Virus record (IMG/VR): IMGVR_UViG_3300031963_000075
Span: 15,695 to 79,694 of that record
Source of the DNA: a virus
DNA length: 64,000 bases
Strand: one strand, 5' to 3'
Shown: piece by piece, positions 1 through 10,600 of the stretch
Layout of the letters: every line of letters starts with the position of its first letter
Numbering within the stretch: the first letter of the stretch is position 1
Notes under the pieces: generated by a model
Databases searched by the model: none
Seen by the model: the letters and a program-made list of their open reading frames with translations, nothing else
Told to the model about the DNA's origin: nothing
Position numbers and translations under genes: made by a program

Positions 1-3000
1 TGGTTTACCAATAAATTGATTAATAAATCTATCATAAGGTGACGATCTATAATAAAAACTATTTTGTGTGTCATCAAACACAATTGTATCTCTACAATAA
101 TTATAAGTGGGGTCTGTTACTGAGTTTGATGCGTATGTTGCGGTTTTATTAAACGACGGCATATATAAGAAACCGTTAATCCAATTGTTTTGGAATACTC
201 TAGCAAACACTCCTCGACAAGCGGCCAACATCAAAAGATATCTAACTTTCCATTCTAAAAATAATAAAACATCTTCTTTATATTCTGTAATATATTTTTT
301 ATTCAATAGACAATAACAACCTTTTACTACTCTATCATCAGGTACGTCACAATTAGTACTGACACCAAAGTTAGTCCCTGATCCAGTATAACATTTTAAT
401 GATGTTAATCCTTCACAAGTAAGAGTGGATGTAAGACCTGTAATTAATCCTGATGAGTCAGCATAATTACCTGTCGGTGGTGTACCAGGCGATGATAATG
501 TTGGTGTACTTCCGGCACTTCCTGGTTTGAAGTAATAGAAATTATTGTTTTGATGTAATCCATAACCCGTTTCAGAACCTACACCATCTTCCGTTCTTGT
601 TGATGTTGGTAATCTATCACTTCTCATAACAAGTTTTGTTTCGTCAGAAAAGTTTACGGTACTTGCAAGATATCTATAATACGCTCTTGAATATAACGCA
701 TTGTAACCACTTGGTGGATCCCCATACTCGTCGTTTGTACTAACACTATCTAAATAACAATAATATGTTGGTTGATTTGAAGGACCGTCTTGTGGAGTAC
801 CTGTACATCCAACCCCTGAACTTGTTGGTGAACCCGCACCAATGAATGTTCCTCCAACAAAATAATCTTGTACGTATTTAGGTATTACTTGATTGAAAGG
901 GGAGTTTGTTAGAAGGTTATACGGTGCGGATGATTGGGATGATACAGGAATAAACACTGGTGATGTTGATGGTGTATATGACCCTGAATTATCATCAGTA
1001 GATAAATAATAATAAGGTAATGTCGAAGTAAATGCCGTAAATTGTCCAGGTGTCAAATCAAAAGTTAATGATGGAAAATATAAATTTGTTGTAGTATTAT
1101 CCAAAGTATCATGAGATAATGGTTTAACATTATTAGTTGAGAGAGGTTGAATCGGATAGTTGAAGTAATATTCTCCTGTCACTATTGGACCTGTACCATA
1201 AGATGTCTCACCAAAAATATATGATAAGTCATATTCAATTTCTTGTTTAGGAGTGAAAGGGTCAACACCTCTAGTTAATATAATTACTTCAAGTGAATTT
1301 CTGTTTGAGGCTTCAACATTGTCAATTGCCGGTCCTAAATTTTGAAAAAGTGGGTCAGTATTTGTATATGGAAAACATTGGTTCTCATACACGAATTGAA
1401 TTTCATGAAGTAAATATGTTAATGGATAATAACCTACATTGGTTATGTTAGCTAAGTTATAGAATGAACTATATGTCATACCTGTTATGACTTGGAAGTA
1501 CTCTATATCTGTTGGGTATTGTAAATAATTGTCTGTATCTCCAGTATTCAATAAGTAGACATTTGCGGTAATTCCGACAGAACCATTAGAGGAAGGGTTG
1601 GCATAATCAACAGTTCTTGATATTGGTGCAGATACGTTACCAAAAGCAGTAACCCCTGTAATTGCGTTATTATTGAATTGGTTTTCAGTCGCTCCTGTTA
1701 TATTGACAGAACAATTTGATGAATTTGGGTCTTGGAAGGTAACCAATTCTCCTGTCCCCAATTGTAAGGTTGTTCCCGCTTTAGCCAATAATACTATAAC
1801 TTGGTCTTCTATTGGGTCACTTGGTGTTGAGGTTAACGACGGGTTCAAAACTGTTTTTATTTTATTGACACCTGTGCCAGGTGCGGAACCTACTGAATCA
1901 TAAAAATATTTATCTCTCGTATTAAATTCATTTAGTTTTTGGGGATAAGTTTCTCTTGTTGGGTAAGCAAACCATCTTTCATCACCACCGCTTGTTAATT
2001 CAGCGGCGAATAAGAAAGGTTGTGGAGCGTGAAGTTTATATTTTTCTGAAGGTTCTATAACATCATAACCCGAAAACATTCTTTGGAAATCTAATAAAGC
2101 CCTTTCTAAAACATTAGGGGTAATTTCTTCATTAAAAACTCTATTCAAAAGAGATCTATACCTACTAGATCCTCCACAATAAAATTTACCTCCTGCGTTG
2201 TCATCTATGTCGGTATTGTCATCGATTTGAGCATAATTTGAGTGTTCAGATAGAGAATAAAATTGTGGTTGATTAACTGGTGCTAAAAATGTATTGTCGG
2301 TTGATGTCTGTGCTGGACTTCCAGCATCAGCTTGTTGTTGATTATAACCATCATTAAGTTGTTGTGTTACAGAACCAATATCAAAATCATCGTCAACCTC
2401 AACATCACCACAATCACATGAACATGAATTACATTCGGGATATGCAAGCATAGGAAGTCCTATCCTCCTAAATCCTTTTAGTCTTACTATGTAAACTATT
2501 ACAAACGCAAAGAATAGTATGTATAACGCAAGTTTGAATAAAGCTTGTAATATTTGCCACGCCGCCCTTAGAACCGCACCTATGTTTATTACAGGACCTC
2601 CTGGTATTGCCGTTGCGGCACTTTCAATTGCGGAATTAATCGCATCAATAGTTTCTCTTACTTGTATGTAGAGAAAATATATACATAATATAATAAGAAC
2701 CCACTTTAAGACAGGCCATGCCCATGCAACAAAGTGTGCAACAAATAACAATATAAGAATTGGGAATGTTAAAATGTTTAATAACAACATCGCCAAGAAA
2801 TAAATAAAATCAAATTTCTGAACCGCATCATTTACAGGAAATGGATTGTTTTTTGATATACATTCCCTGTCATCTATTTCTTTAATACCTAAATGTCTTG
2901 ACCTCAAAATACCATTTTTGTATCTATCCAAGAACATTGCTGTAGTATATACTTTGTTATAATTAAATTCATAGAATCTATCTTCACAGTCAATTGCTTC

Positions 3001-4551
3001 TTGAACCATTGCAGAATCACCGTAATCATCCCAATCTAAACTAAATGCATATGAACGATACGCATCGTAACTTGCTTGGTCATAAAATGAAAACTCAAAA
3101 ATTTGATTTTGTGATGTGTCTACCGCAGTACAGTTTACAACAATGTTAGCACCAGGTGATGTGATTGGGATAGACGTTAAACTACCTGTATATGGTACAC
3201 CATTAATTGTAATGGAAACGTCTTGACTGTTTGTAAAATTTTGTAATATTAACCCTCCTGTTTGTAGTGGTAAAACTAATGGGGGGGACGAAGAAGTTGA
3301 TGTACCAGGAACGTTTACAGTAAAATCGGTTGGGGGGTTTAACGTTGGGTCAGCATTAGGTGTTGTTATTGCCCATCCGTATTCTTTAATATTAGGTACT
3401 AAAAAATTAGCCCTTAGAATTTCATTCTCAATACCACCGTCATTTTGCCAACTTACCTTAAACCTATATTTTCCTTTTGTTGGTATACCGACATTTGGGT
3501 CTATTGATAATATTTGGTTACCAAACTCATCTGTTGTCACATAATCTAAATTCATTGGGACTTTAACCAAAAAAGTACCATCTCCATCTATAACTTTACC
3601 ACCTTGTTCGAAAAAATACTCTTCTAATATTGGATTTCCATTATCATCAATATTTATAGTTTGTCTTATTGCAGAAATTCTTCCTTGCCCTGCTTTCAAA
3701 CTACAAAAGTTACCAGCTTTAAAAGGAACTCTACAATTAGTCTTTAACGCTTCCTCATCTTGTGTGGTTGCAATAGACCCCATGAATACTCCTGTAGGTT
3801 TTATTGTTAAATTAACTTCTGTCGATAAATCAAAGTCTGTTCTTGTAATACCAATAAAACAAATATCAGGGTCACCCCATAATGGTTCTACATTTACTTG
3901 TTTATATAAAGTTAATATTTGAGGTAACTCGTTTAAGTTACTTGAGGATTTAAATTGAGATCCGTTTACTTGACTTTCTACCGCTAAACCAGCGTCAATC
4001 AAATCTTGTGGTGATAATGAAAAACAACCAATATCAGATAAATCGAGATTCATTACCAAAGTTTGCTGTCCTGTTGGGACACCAAAAATCATAAAGTCAC
4101 CACTATCGTTTGTTGATACAGTGTACTTATAATACTTGTCATAAACTTCTATTATAGATTTTTCAAGTAATACTTCATCTCTATCGAAGAATGTCCCTGT
4201 AGGAACGTGTCCTACGTATTGTGGAGACTTAGGTAATAAATTATATTTATACCCATCTTCATTTTTATCTGTTGGTGTTTTATATGGGTATAGTTCTGAT
4301 ATTATTGGGTTATTTGAGTCTTCATTTGTTAATGGAATGAATACAGACAATTTTGCATTTGGTAAACCAAATCCACCGTTAACTGAAATTCTTCCAGCTA
4401 TGACACCATAATCAGAACATCTTCTTTGATATATTTCAGTTTGTGTTAACTTTAGTGAAAGAATCTCAATGAAATCGAAGTCTTGGTCAAATTGAAGATT
4501 AACTTGTTTATCAACTCCTATGTTGGTTCTGATTCTATATGAATGTGGCAT
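1..4551 (-). CDS. Large baseplate/tail-associated structural protein, partial (>1517 aa, runs off left edge), with internal hydrophobic helices
   Basis: Not in the ORF track because it has no stop in the window. ATG at 4551 (MPHSYRIRTNIGVDKQVNLQFDQDF...). The same frame is open in the segments I translated and at the edge (...FYYRSSPYDRFINQFIGKP). TATTTAT motif upstream; follows the wedge gene. Confidence 0.75.
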   Translation of the reverse strand, partial: MPHSYRIRTNIGVDKQVNLQFDQDFDFIEILSLKLTQTEIYQRRCSDYGVIAGRISVNGGFGLPNAKLSVFIPLTNEDSNNPIISELYPYKTPTDKNEDGYKYNLLPKSPQYVGHVPTGTFFDRDEVLLEKSIIEVYDKYYKYTVSTNDSGDFMIFGVPTGQQTLVMNLDLSDIGCFSLSPQDLIDAGLAVESQVNGSQFKSSSNLNELPQILTLYKQVNVEPLWGDPDICFIGITRTDFDLSTEVNLTIKPTGVFMGSIATTQDEEALKTNCRVPFKAGNFCSLKAGQGRISAIRQTINIDDNGNPILEEYFFEQGGKVIDGDGTFLVKVPMNLDYVTTDEFGNQILSIDPNVGIPTKGKYRFKVSWQNDGGIENEILRANFLVPNIKEYGWAITTPNADPTLNPPTDFTVNVPGTSTSSSPPLVLPLQTGGLILQNFTNSQDVSITINGVPYTGSLTSIPITSPGANIVVNCTAVDTSQNQIFEFSFYDQASYDAYRSYAFSLDWDDYGDSAMVQEAIDCEDRFYEFNYNKVYTTAMFLDRYKNGILRSRHLGIKEIDDRECISKNNPFPVNDAVQKFDFIYFLAMLLLNILTFPILILLFVAHFVAWAWPVLKWVLIILCIYFLYIQVRETIDAINSAIESAATAIPGGPVINIGAVLRAAWQILQALFKLALYILFFAFVIVYIVRLKGFRRIGLPMLAYPECNSCSCDCGDVEVDDDFDIGSVTQQLNDGYNQQQADAGSPAQTSTDNTFLAPVNQPQFYSLSEHSNYAQIDDNTDIDDNAGGKFYCGGSSRYRSLLNRVFNEEITPNVLERALLDFQRMFSGYDVIEPSEKYKLHAPQPFLFAAELTSGGDERWFAYPTRETYPQKLNEFNTRDKYFYDSVGSAPGTGVNKIKTVLNPSLTSTPSDPIEDQVIVLLAKAGTTLQLGTGELVTFQDPNSSNCSVNITGATENQFNNNAITGVTAFGNVSAPISRTVDYANPSSNGSVGITANVYLLNTGDTDNYLQYPTDIEYFQVITGMTYSSFYNLANITNVGYYPLTYLLHEIQFVYENQCFPYTNTDPLFQNLGPAIDNVEASNRNSLEVIILTRGVDPFTPKQEIEYDLSYIFGETSYGTGPIVTGEYYFNYPIQPLSTNNVKPLSHDTLDNTTTNLYFPSLTFDLTPGQFTAFTSTLPYYYLSTDDNSGSYTPSTSPVFIPVSSQSSAPYNLLTNSPFNQVIPKYVQDYFVGGTFIGAGSPTSSGVGCTGTPQDGPSNQPTYYCYLDSVSTNDEYGDPPSGYNALYSRAYYRYLASTVNFSDETKLVMRSDRLPTSTRTEDGVGSETGYGLHQNNNFYYFKPGSAGSTPTLSSPGTPPTGNYADSSGLITGLTSTLTCEGLTSLKCYTGSGTNFGVSTNCDVPDDRVVKGCYCLLNKKYITEYKEDVLLFLEWKVRYLLMLAACRGVFARVFQNNWINGFLYMPSFNKTATYASNSVTDPTYNYCRDTIVFDDTQNSFYYRSSPYDRFINQFIGKP

Positions 4552-4625
4552 TAAATTATCTTTTTTTGATAAATAGTTTATTTCCTATTTTCAAAAAATA
4601 ATCACAATACTTGAAAAGGAAATTA

Positions 4626-6467
4626 TCAGCTGAATGTTACTGTTGATAAATTAAGAACACTAACTCTAATATCAACATTTGGGAATCGAACTTGATAAAC
4701 CTGTGTTGGGTCGGCAAATATTGTATCTGATATCAAACCTATTTGTTTTGTTGACGGATTAGAATAAGGTTGTGATGTCTGAGCCGATGAATATTGTCCT
4801 CCTACTTTATTAAAGACTTGAATGTCGTCTATAGATAATACACCATTCTCTGATTGTATTTGTCTTCTTAGTTCAGATATATTGACATTTTCACCTAATT
4901 GTCTATTAACTGGTGACATATATGTTGAGACTATATCTATTATTTTAGCAATTATCGCTCCTTGACTTTGAGATGAATCTAAAACAACCGATATATCAAA
5001 TCCTAAATCAATCACATTTGCACTTTCAACTGAAATGTAATCATTTATCATTCGGTAATTGGAAAGGTAATTTGCAATATTTGTTTTAATTGCATTTGGG
5101 GTTACTGATGTTAGTTTTCCACTAGAGTCGTATGAAAGTATTTTTATTTTAATTTTATTATTTTCTTCAACTATTGAGACTTTAGAGGGTGCTCCAAACT
5201 GTGAGGGCATAGTTCTCAATATAGAATCATAATCGTTAACCGTCACCGCTCTGTTTTGAGCAGAGAAATTAAACGCAACCAAATTTCTTATTTCTTCTAA
5301 CGTAGGTGCAGGTGCTCCTCCAATGGCGGCAATTGGGTTCGAACAACTTAATGAATTTACAGTAGTTGTATTTATAATTTCTGATGGTCCGTTTACAAAA
5401 AAGTTACTCCTTTGTACTTGACTAATAACTCCTACACCAACATTACTTGAAACTCCTCCACCAACTCTATACTGTATAAACAAAGTTGAGTTTGATTTTA
5501 GCGTACTACCTAATCCTAAATTATCTGAATATTTATTTAGGTTCAAAACAATCCCATCTCTTGCAAAATCTCTTAATTGATTTTCTGCTGAATTGTTTCC
5601 ACCACCAAAAGTCATTTTCATAAAACCTTGTGGTGTATATTCAGTTATAAATTTGTCACTTGTTGTTATATATTTTCCTATCTTTATACCAGGCGCATCA
5701 GACGGTTTAGTTGGGTCTTCAACAAAAACTCTATCTTCTACTAATGACCTTACTTCATACCACCTATTGGTTGTAGACAAAAATTCTTGGTCTGTGGGAA
5801 CATTTGTGTAAGCGGTTCCATCTTTGACAATTACACTAGTCACACCTAAAACATTTCTTTCGGGTAAAAATAATTCAAAAAATGGTCTAACGTCATTTGG
5901 AGTAATGATTCTTTTAAAAACTTTTGTTAAACCGTTAACAACAACTTCTCTTTTTGTTATCGTATAATTAAGTAGTCCTCCATCAGCATCAAAATTAGGT
6001 CTTACAATTCTTGAGTTTGGTTGTCCTTCCCCATTAAATTGTGAAGAAAAGTCTATATCGTATACCGTTTCAAATGATTGTCCAGCACCGTTTACTTGTG
6101 TTCCTCTTCTTAAAATCCCACAATATCTAATATCTTCTTTATCACCAAATGCAGGTACAGTTATAGAAAAATCCACTAATGAAACAGAGGGTCTTTGTCC
6201 AGGAATTTTTAAACCATAAGTTCTTGCTATATTATATAATGAGTTTTTTTGTTGAGCAAATTGTAAAACAGTTTCTTGTAAACTTCTGTCAATTTGATAA
6301 TTAAGATTATCGGCAACTGCCGCATTCATATCCATCAAAACTGAAAATACAGATGCGTCGTTAAAATTTTGTATTAACTCAGGATAATATGTTTTTACAA
6401 AATTTATAAGTTCCCCTCTTACTGCTTGGAAGTCCCTTACTGTATACGAAATCTTTTTTTCTGCCAT
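4626..6467 (-). CDS. Baseplate wedge subunit (T4 gp6 / P2 gpJ-like)
   Basis: N-terminal RDFQAVRGELINF..YYPELIQNFNDAS, C-terminal AQNRAVTVNDY motif typical of gp6/J; adjacent to a gp25-like gene. Confidence 0.85.
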   Translation of the reverse strand: MAEKKISYTVRDFQAVRGELINFVKTYYPELIQNFNDASVFSVLMDMNAAVADNLNYQIDRSLQETVLQFAQQKNSLYNIARTYGLKIPGQRPSVSLVDFSITVPAFGDKEDIRYCGILRRGTQVNGAGQSFETVYDIDFSSQFNGEGQPNSRIVRPNFDADGGLLNYTITKREVVVNGLTKVFKRIITPNDVRPFFELFLPERNVLGVTSVIVKDGTAYTNVPTDQEFLSTTNRWYEVRSLVEDRVFVEDPTKPSDAPGIKIGKYITTSDKFITEYTPQGFMKMTFGGGNNSAENQLRDFARDGIVLNLNKYSDNLGLGSTLKSNSTLFIQYRVGGGVSSNVGVGVISQVQRSNFFVNGPSEIINTTTVNSLSCSNPIAAIGGAPAPTLEEIRNLVAFNFSAQNRAVTVNDYDSILRTMPSQFGAPSKVSIVEENNKIKIKILSYDSSGKLTSVTPNAIKTNIANYLSNYRMINDYISVESANVIDLGFDISVVLDSSQSQGAIIAKIIDIVSTYMSPVNRQLGENVNISELRRQIQSENGVLSIDDIQVFNKVGGQYSSAQTSQPYSNPSTKQIGLISDTIFADPTQVYQVRFPNVDIRVSVLNLSTVTFS

Positions 6468-6473
6468 ATAATA

Positions 6474-6932
6474 TTAAATATTCAAAATAATGAAATCTCC
6501 ACTTTCGAAAGATTCACTAGTTATTTTATAATCTATTCTAACTTTTGCCGTATGTTCTAATTGACCAATGTTAGGAACTGTGAATTCTTTTTGGTCATTA
6601 CCACTAATATACGTACCTTTATTTTCTAATTCTGTAGATGCGTCTGTGATTTTAATGTTGGTAATCAATACTCCAGGCATATATTGTTCGACAGAATCTC
6701 TAATTTCTGATTCTATCTCAGCGAATGTGGGTCCATCTAATGGTTCAAAAATATATTCATATATTCTTGTTCCAAAATCAGGTAAATAATATCTAGACCC
6801 CTTTCTTGTTAATAATAAGTGTGTTAAATTAGAACGAACTTCTTCTGATGAATAGTCAGTTAAATCTAAAAACTTCCCATTGAAGGAATCTCTAAAGGGG
6901 AAGGTAATACCATATGTTACTCCATTTGCCAT
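6474..6932 (-). CDS. Baseplate wedge protein, gp25/GPW family
   Basis: NLTHLLLTRKGSRYYLPDFGTRIYEYIFEP is the gp25 signature. Confidence 0.9.
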   Translation of the reverse strand: MANGVTYGITFPFRDSFNGKFLDLTDYSSEEVRSNLTHLLLTRKGSRYYLPDFGTRIYEYIFEPLDGPTFAEIESEIRDSVEQYMPGVLITNIKITDASTELENKGTYISGNDQKEFTVPNIGQLEHTAKVRIDYKITSESFESGDFIILNI

Positions 6933-6973
6933 ATCATATAAATATAAACCTCATTATTTTTATATAAACAAGA

Positions 6974-6995
6974 AATCACTGTTTTCACAGTGATT
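6974..6995 (-). terminator. Intrinsic terminator-like hairpin after the RNR/DUF5522 genes
   Basis: Sense AATCACTGT-GAAA-ACAGTGATT (9-bp stem, GNRA loop) followed by TCTTGTTT. Confidence 0.6.
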
Positions 6996-7206
6996 CCTTT
7001 AATGTTGTATTACCTTTTTTATGTTTGGGTTCATATGGACAATGGAGACAACCTGAACCACAACAACTTCCTCTTTTTTTGTGATAAAATTCCGTCATAA
7101 CCATCTTACCGTCTTTCCAATAAAAGTCTGTATCCTGTAATTTAGGTTTTATAAATTCCCTAATATACATTTCTTGTATCCAATCTTTTGATGCCCCTAC
7201 ATTCAT
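6985..7206 (-). CDS. Small Cys-rich protein, DUF5522-like
   Basis: FYWKDGKMVMTEFYHKKRGSCCGSGCLHCPY motif. Confidence 0.7.
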   Translation of the reverse strand: MNVGASKDWIQEMYIREFIKPKLQDTDFYWKDGKMVMTEFYHKKRGSCCGSGCLHCPYEPKHKKGNTTLKESL

Positions 7207-7207
7207 A

Positions 7208-7288
7208 TTAATTTTTTTTTCTTAAATTATACAACGCCAACAGTATTTGATATGTTAGCGTTGTATTATTACCCCATTGTACTTTCAT
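7208..7288 (-). CDS. Putative 26-aa peptide MKVQWGNNTTLTYQILLALYNLRKKN
   Basis: Fills the gap between RNR and DUF5522 exactly: ATG 3 nt after the RNR stop, TAA 1 nt before the next ATG. Contains a 14-bp hairpin. Confidence 0.45.
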   Translation of the reverse strand: MKVQWGNNTTLTYQILLALYNLRKKN

Positions 7289-7291
7289 TTC

Positions 7292-9151
7292 TTAAACAAT
7301 TTCACAAGCTCCGCCAGCACAAGCTACTTCACCTCTTAAATCTGTATTGTCTTGTAACTCGATAACTTTTGTTAAATCAACATCTTTCAAAGTGTTAACT
7401 AATCTTTCAAAATCTTCTTTTGTACAATCTTCAAATGGAGCTTGTGTGTAAGTTCCTCCGTTATAAGGTAGAACAGACAAACCATTGTAGTATTTTCTGT
7501 TTTTCCACATCCAATCACCTACAAGTTCCCATTCATCTTCTTTGATTGAAACTGTCGCTGATACATTATGTGAGTTCTGTCCACCTCTGTGTCCACTTCT
7601 TACCCACTCTTGTGATACTTTCTTAACTCTTTCCAACATTTGGAACACAGATTCGTATCGTAGAATTGAACCTTCAGGTGCCATTTGAGGGATAGTAATT
7701 ACAGCTGTATCATGAGGACGGAAGTATTCGTCTTCTACCAACTCTGGATGGTTGATTGCAAGATAAGAATAAATCGCTTCATTCTTACCAACACGGATTC
7801 TTCTCAAATAATAGTCATTATGCCAAGCGTGAATTCCTGAAGAAGTTCCCAATACTAATGATGATGTCCCTGAAGGTTTAACGGTTGTTGTTCTTGCTGC
7901 TTTATTAATTCCGATGAGGTTTGCAACTCTTTCGTTTTCTTCTTTTACCGCCTGTGCCGCAGCTTTCATATCATAACCTAAAACAACACCAGAACCAATA
8001 CCTGTCATACCAACACCAATAAGTGCGTCTTTTTCTGTTGTTCTTTTCCATACATCACGTAGGTAGTGGAAGTCAGTATATCCCGCTTGTAGTGTTCCGA
8101 TGAATGCGGCACCTCTAACTCTTTTTTCAAAATCTTCTTGTGACTCAATGTCCGAAGCGTTTACCTCACACAAGTTACAGAATTGATAAGGACGAAGCCC
8201 AATTTCACAACAAGGGTTTGTTCCCCAATCTTTGTCATTTGACAAGTAGATTCCTGGCTCTCCTGCTCCTGACAATTCAATTCGTTTCCAAAGTTCCATA
8301 AAATATTCTTGTGTTACTTTGTGACGAAGAAGAACTGCTGAGTTATTTGCTCTACCTCTTTGTGGATTGTTCTCCCACCAATTACCTGACTTACAAGAAA
8401 TCATTTCATCATCATCAGCACTGAATAATGAGATAAGTGCCGCTCTACGAATACCACCTGCTAATACCGCATCTGCAATATGACATACAATATCGTGAGT
8501 TTCAATCGGGGTTAGTTTTTCTCCTTCTTGTTTTGCGTCCAACACTTTTGTAATGTTATGAATACAATCTTTAAGTGGTTGAGGTCCTGGTGCTTTTCCT
8601 CCTGATGTTACAAGTAACGCTCCTTTATGACGAATATCAGAAAAATCAAACACAGGTGTAGATGATTTTGTCCCCAAGTATGATTCAATTAATACTTTAA
8701 TAGCATCTGCCCATCCTTCGATTGAATCTCCGATGAGGTATCTTCTTGTTCTGTTTGGATTTGGTTTTTTTATTTCAGGTAGTTTATCTACGTGGTGTTT
8801 TTGAACTGAGAATCCAACTCCTGTTCCACCTAATAATAGGAACATAGTTTCTGCAAACGCATCTGTATGGTCGATTGGTAAGTAAGCACAATTGTAAACT
8901 CTGTTTGGCGAGATTTCAATTGGTTTACCACCAAATTGTAATGATCTCATTGATGGAAGAATTTTTTTATCATATACCATTTGATATACTTCTTCAATCT
9001 GATCTTTGATTTGTGGGTATTTCTTTTGGTGCATCTCTTTGTTTCGTGTCACCAATTCTTCCCATGTTTCCCTTCTATTTAATTCGGGAATAAATTTAGC
9101 GTATTTCATATACACTGTAATATCACTCAATATTTTTTGCGAAATATCCAT
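7292..9151 (-). CDS. nrdJ: Class II (adenosylcobalamin-dependent) ribonucleotide reductase, monomeric type
   Basis: RRETWEE, NCAY, GTNPCCEI (thiyl Cys), TTTVKPSGT, C-terminal CAGGAC; no beta subunit nearby; likely start MDISQK at 9151. Confidence 0.9.
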   Translation of the reverse strand: MDISQKILSDITVYMKYAKFIPELNRRETWEELVTRNKEMHQKKYPQIKDQIEEVYQMVYDKKILPSMRSLQFGGKPIEISPNRVYNCAYLPIDHTDAFAETMFLLLGGTGVGFSVQKHHVDKLPEIKKPNPNRTRRYLIGDSIEGWADAIKVLIESYLGTKSSTPVFDFSDIRHKGALLVTSGGKAPGPQPLKDCIHNITKVLDAKQEGEKLTPIETHDIVCHIADAVLAGGIRRAALISLFSADDDEMISCKSGNWWENNPQRGRANNSAVLLRHKVTQEYFMELWKRIELSGAGEPGIYLSNDKDWGTNPCCEIGLRPYQFCNLCEVNASDIESQEDFEKRVRGAAFIGTLQAGYTDFHYLRDVWKRTTEKDALIGVGMTGIGSGVVLGYDMKAAAQAVKEENERVANLIGINKAARTTTVKPSGTSSLVLGTSSGIHAWHNDYYLRRIRVGKNEAIYSYLAINHPELVEDEYFRPHDTAVITIPQMAPEGSILRYESVFQMLERVKKVSQEWVRSGHRGGQNSHNVSATVSIKEDEWELVGDWMWKNRKYYNGLSVLPYNGGTYTQAPFEDCTKEDFERLVNTLKDVDLTKVIELQDNTDLRGEVACAGGACEIV

Positions 9152-9178
9152 TTTTAACAAATTTAATAATTTTTATTT

Positions 9179-10561
9179 TTATCCTTGATTATTTTCCCGT
9201 TGTTTTTTCTTTTCTAACAACTCCCTAACTCTTTGTCGTTGTCTTTCTTCTTTTTGTTCTTCCAAACCTAAAAACGTTGTTGTACTTTCGGTATCAATTT
9301 CAATCATAGCATTGTCGAATTTACAATTTTCGAATACAACACCATCATCACCTATCCTTGATTTTGTAATTGCAATTGTAGCCAACTTCATCTCTTTTTG
9401 TTGTAATGTCTTGGCCACTGTTATAATAACGTGTCCAACTTGTGCCTTTTTAATAGAACCACCCATTTGGTCTGTGGTTACTACTTCAGATGAAATTGAG
9501 TTTCTATTTCCTTGTGTTGCTGTCCAACCAACTATGTTAAGTTCGTGACACATCGCCTCAAACGCTCTCATGACAGAACCTTCACTTTTCCATTCATCAC
9601 CTAAGTTTTTGTCAGGAACAACACAATCTATATAATCCAAAACAATCATGTCAATTTTTGTACCATCAGCAATCATCTTACGAATTTCATTCTTAATTTG
9701 TAACATTGTTTTTTGATCTGACGGTAATTTTTTTAATATTAGTTCATTTGGCATAGAACTTTTAATATCCCTAACCTTTGTCATAACCTCTTCTTTTTTG
9801 TTTGACAATTCATCAGGATGAATCTTAGTCCAAAGTGTAAAATGTTTTCTTTGAATTACTTTTGGATTGTCTTCAAAAAACACTTGTAAAACGTTAAAAC
9901 CTAAGTTAAATGCGTGGTTTGAAATCTTTGTTAACACTGTTGATTTACCAACTCCTGTTGGTGCAAGTATTACACCTATTTCACCTTTTGCTAAACCACC
10001 TTTAAGTAGTCTATCAATTCCTGGTATACCCATAGGAATTGGGTGTCTGTAATCCTCCTCAAGAACTTGGTCTAAGTTTGAAAAGACATCCATCATTGTT
10101 GTGTCTTTTGAACCTACTAGCAGTGCGTCTCTAACCATTTCTTCAAGGGTGTCGTAGTTTTCAAACTCACCCCCGTCAATGATTTTTTGTGCTTTTTTCA
10201 TAACCTTCTGTAGTTCCTGTTGTTTACAGAATTTCAGAGCCTTTTCTTGTACGAAATCTACACCATCGATAGGTGCGTCCTTAATTTTTTTAATTGTATC
10301 AAGAACAATCTTTGATGCTGTTTCTTGTTGTAACTCTGATTTTGTGATTTGCTCAAGAGTATCAAAGGATGGTGTGTGTTCATACTTTTTATGATACTCT
10401 TTAATCATTTGAATGATAATTTTAAAGTATTTATTTTCAAAATAATCATTCTCAATAACGTCCACAATAGTGTGTGAAAAGTTTTTGTCTAAGATGATTT
10501 GGTTAAGTAATTGAAGTTGAAAATTGTTTCCTAAGTACTCGAAGTTTTTGTTTGTCGCCAT
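9179..10561 (-). CDS. Replicative DNA helicase (DnaB / T4 gp41-like)
   Basis: Walker A APTGVGKS, Walker B IVLDYID, WTATQGNR. Confidence 0.9.
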   Translation of the reverse strand: MATNKNFEYLGNNFQLQLLNQIILDKNFSHTIVDVIENDYFENKYFKIIIQMIKEYHKKYEHTPSFDTLEQITKSELQQETASKIVLDTIKKIKDAPIDGVDFVQEKALKFCKQQELQKVMKKAQKIIDGGEFENYDTLEEMVRDALLVGSKDTTMMDVFSNLDQVLEEDYRHPIPMGIPGIDRLLKGGLAKGEIGVILAPTGVGKSTVLTKISNHAFNLGFNVLQVFFEDNPKVIQRKHFTLWTKIHPDELSNKKEEVMTKVRDIKSSMPNELILKKLPSDQKTMLQIKNEIRKMIADGTKIDMIVLDYIDCVVPDKNLGDEWKSEGSVMRAFEAMCHELNIVGWTATQGNRNSISSEVVTTDQMGGSIKKAQVGHVIITVAKTLQQKEMKLATIAITKSRIGDDGVVFENCKFDNAMIEIDTESTTTFLGLEEQKEERQRQRVRELLEKKKQRENNQG

Positions 10562-10600
10562 AAATTGTTCTACTGTTAGTAATGATAAATACTACTGAAA

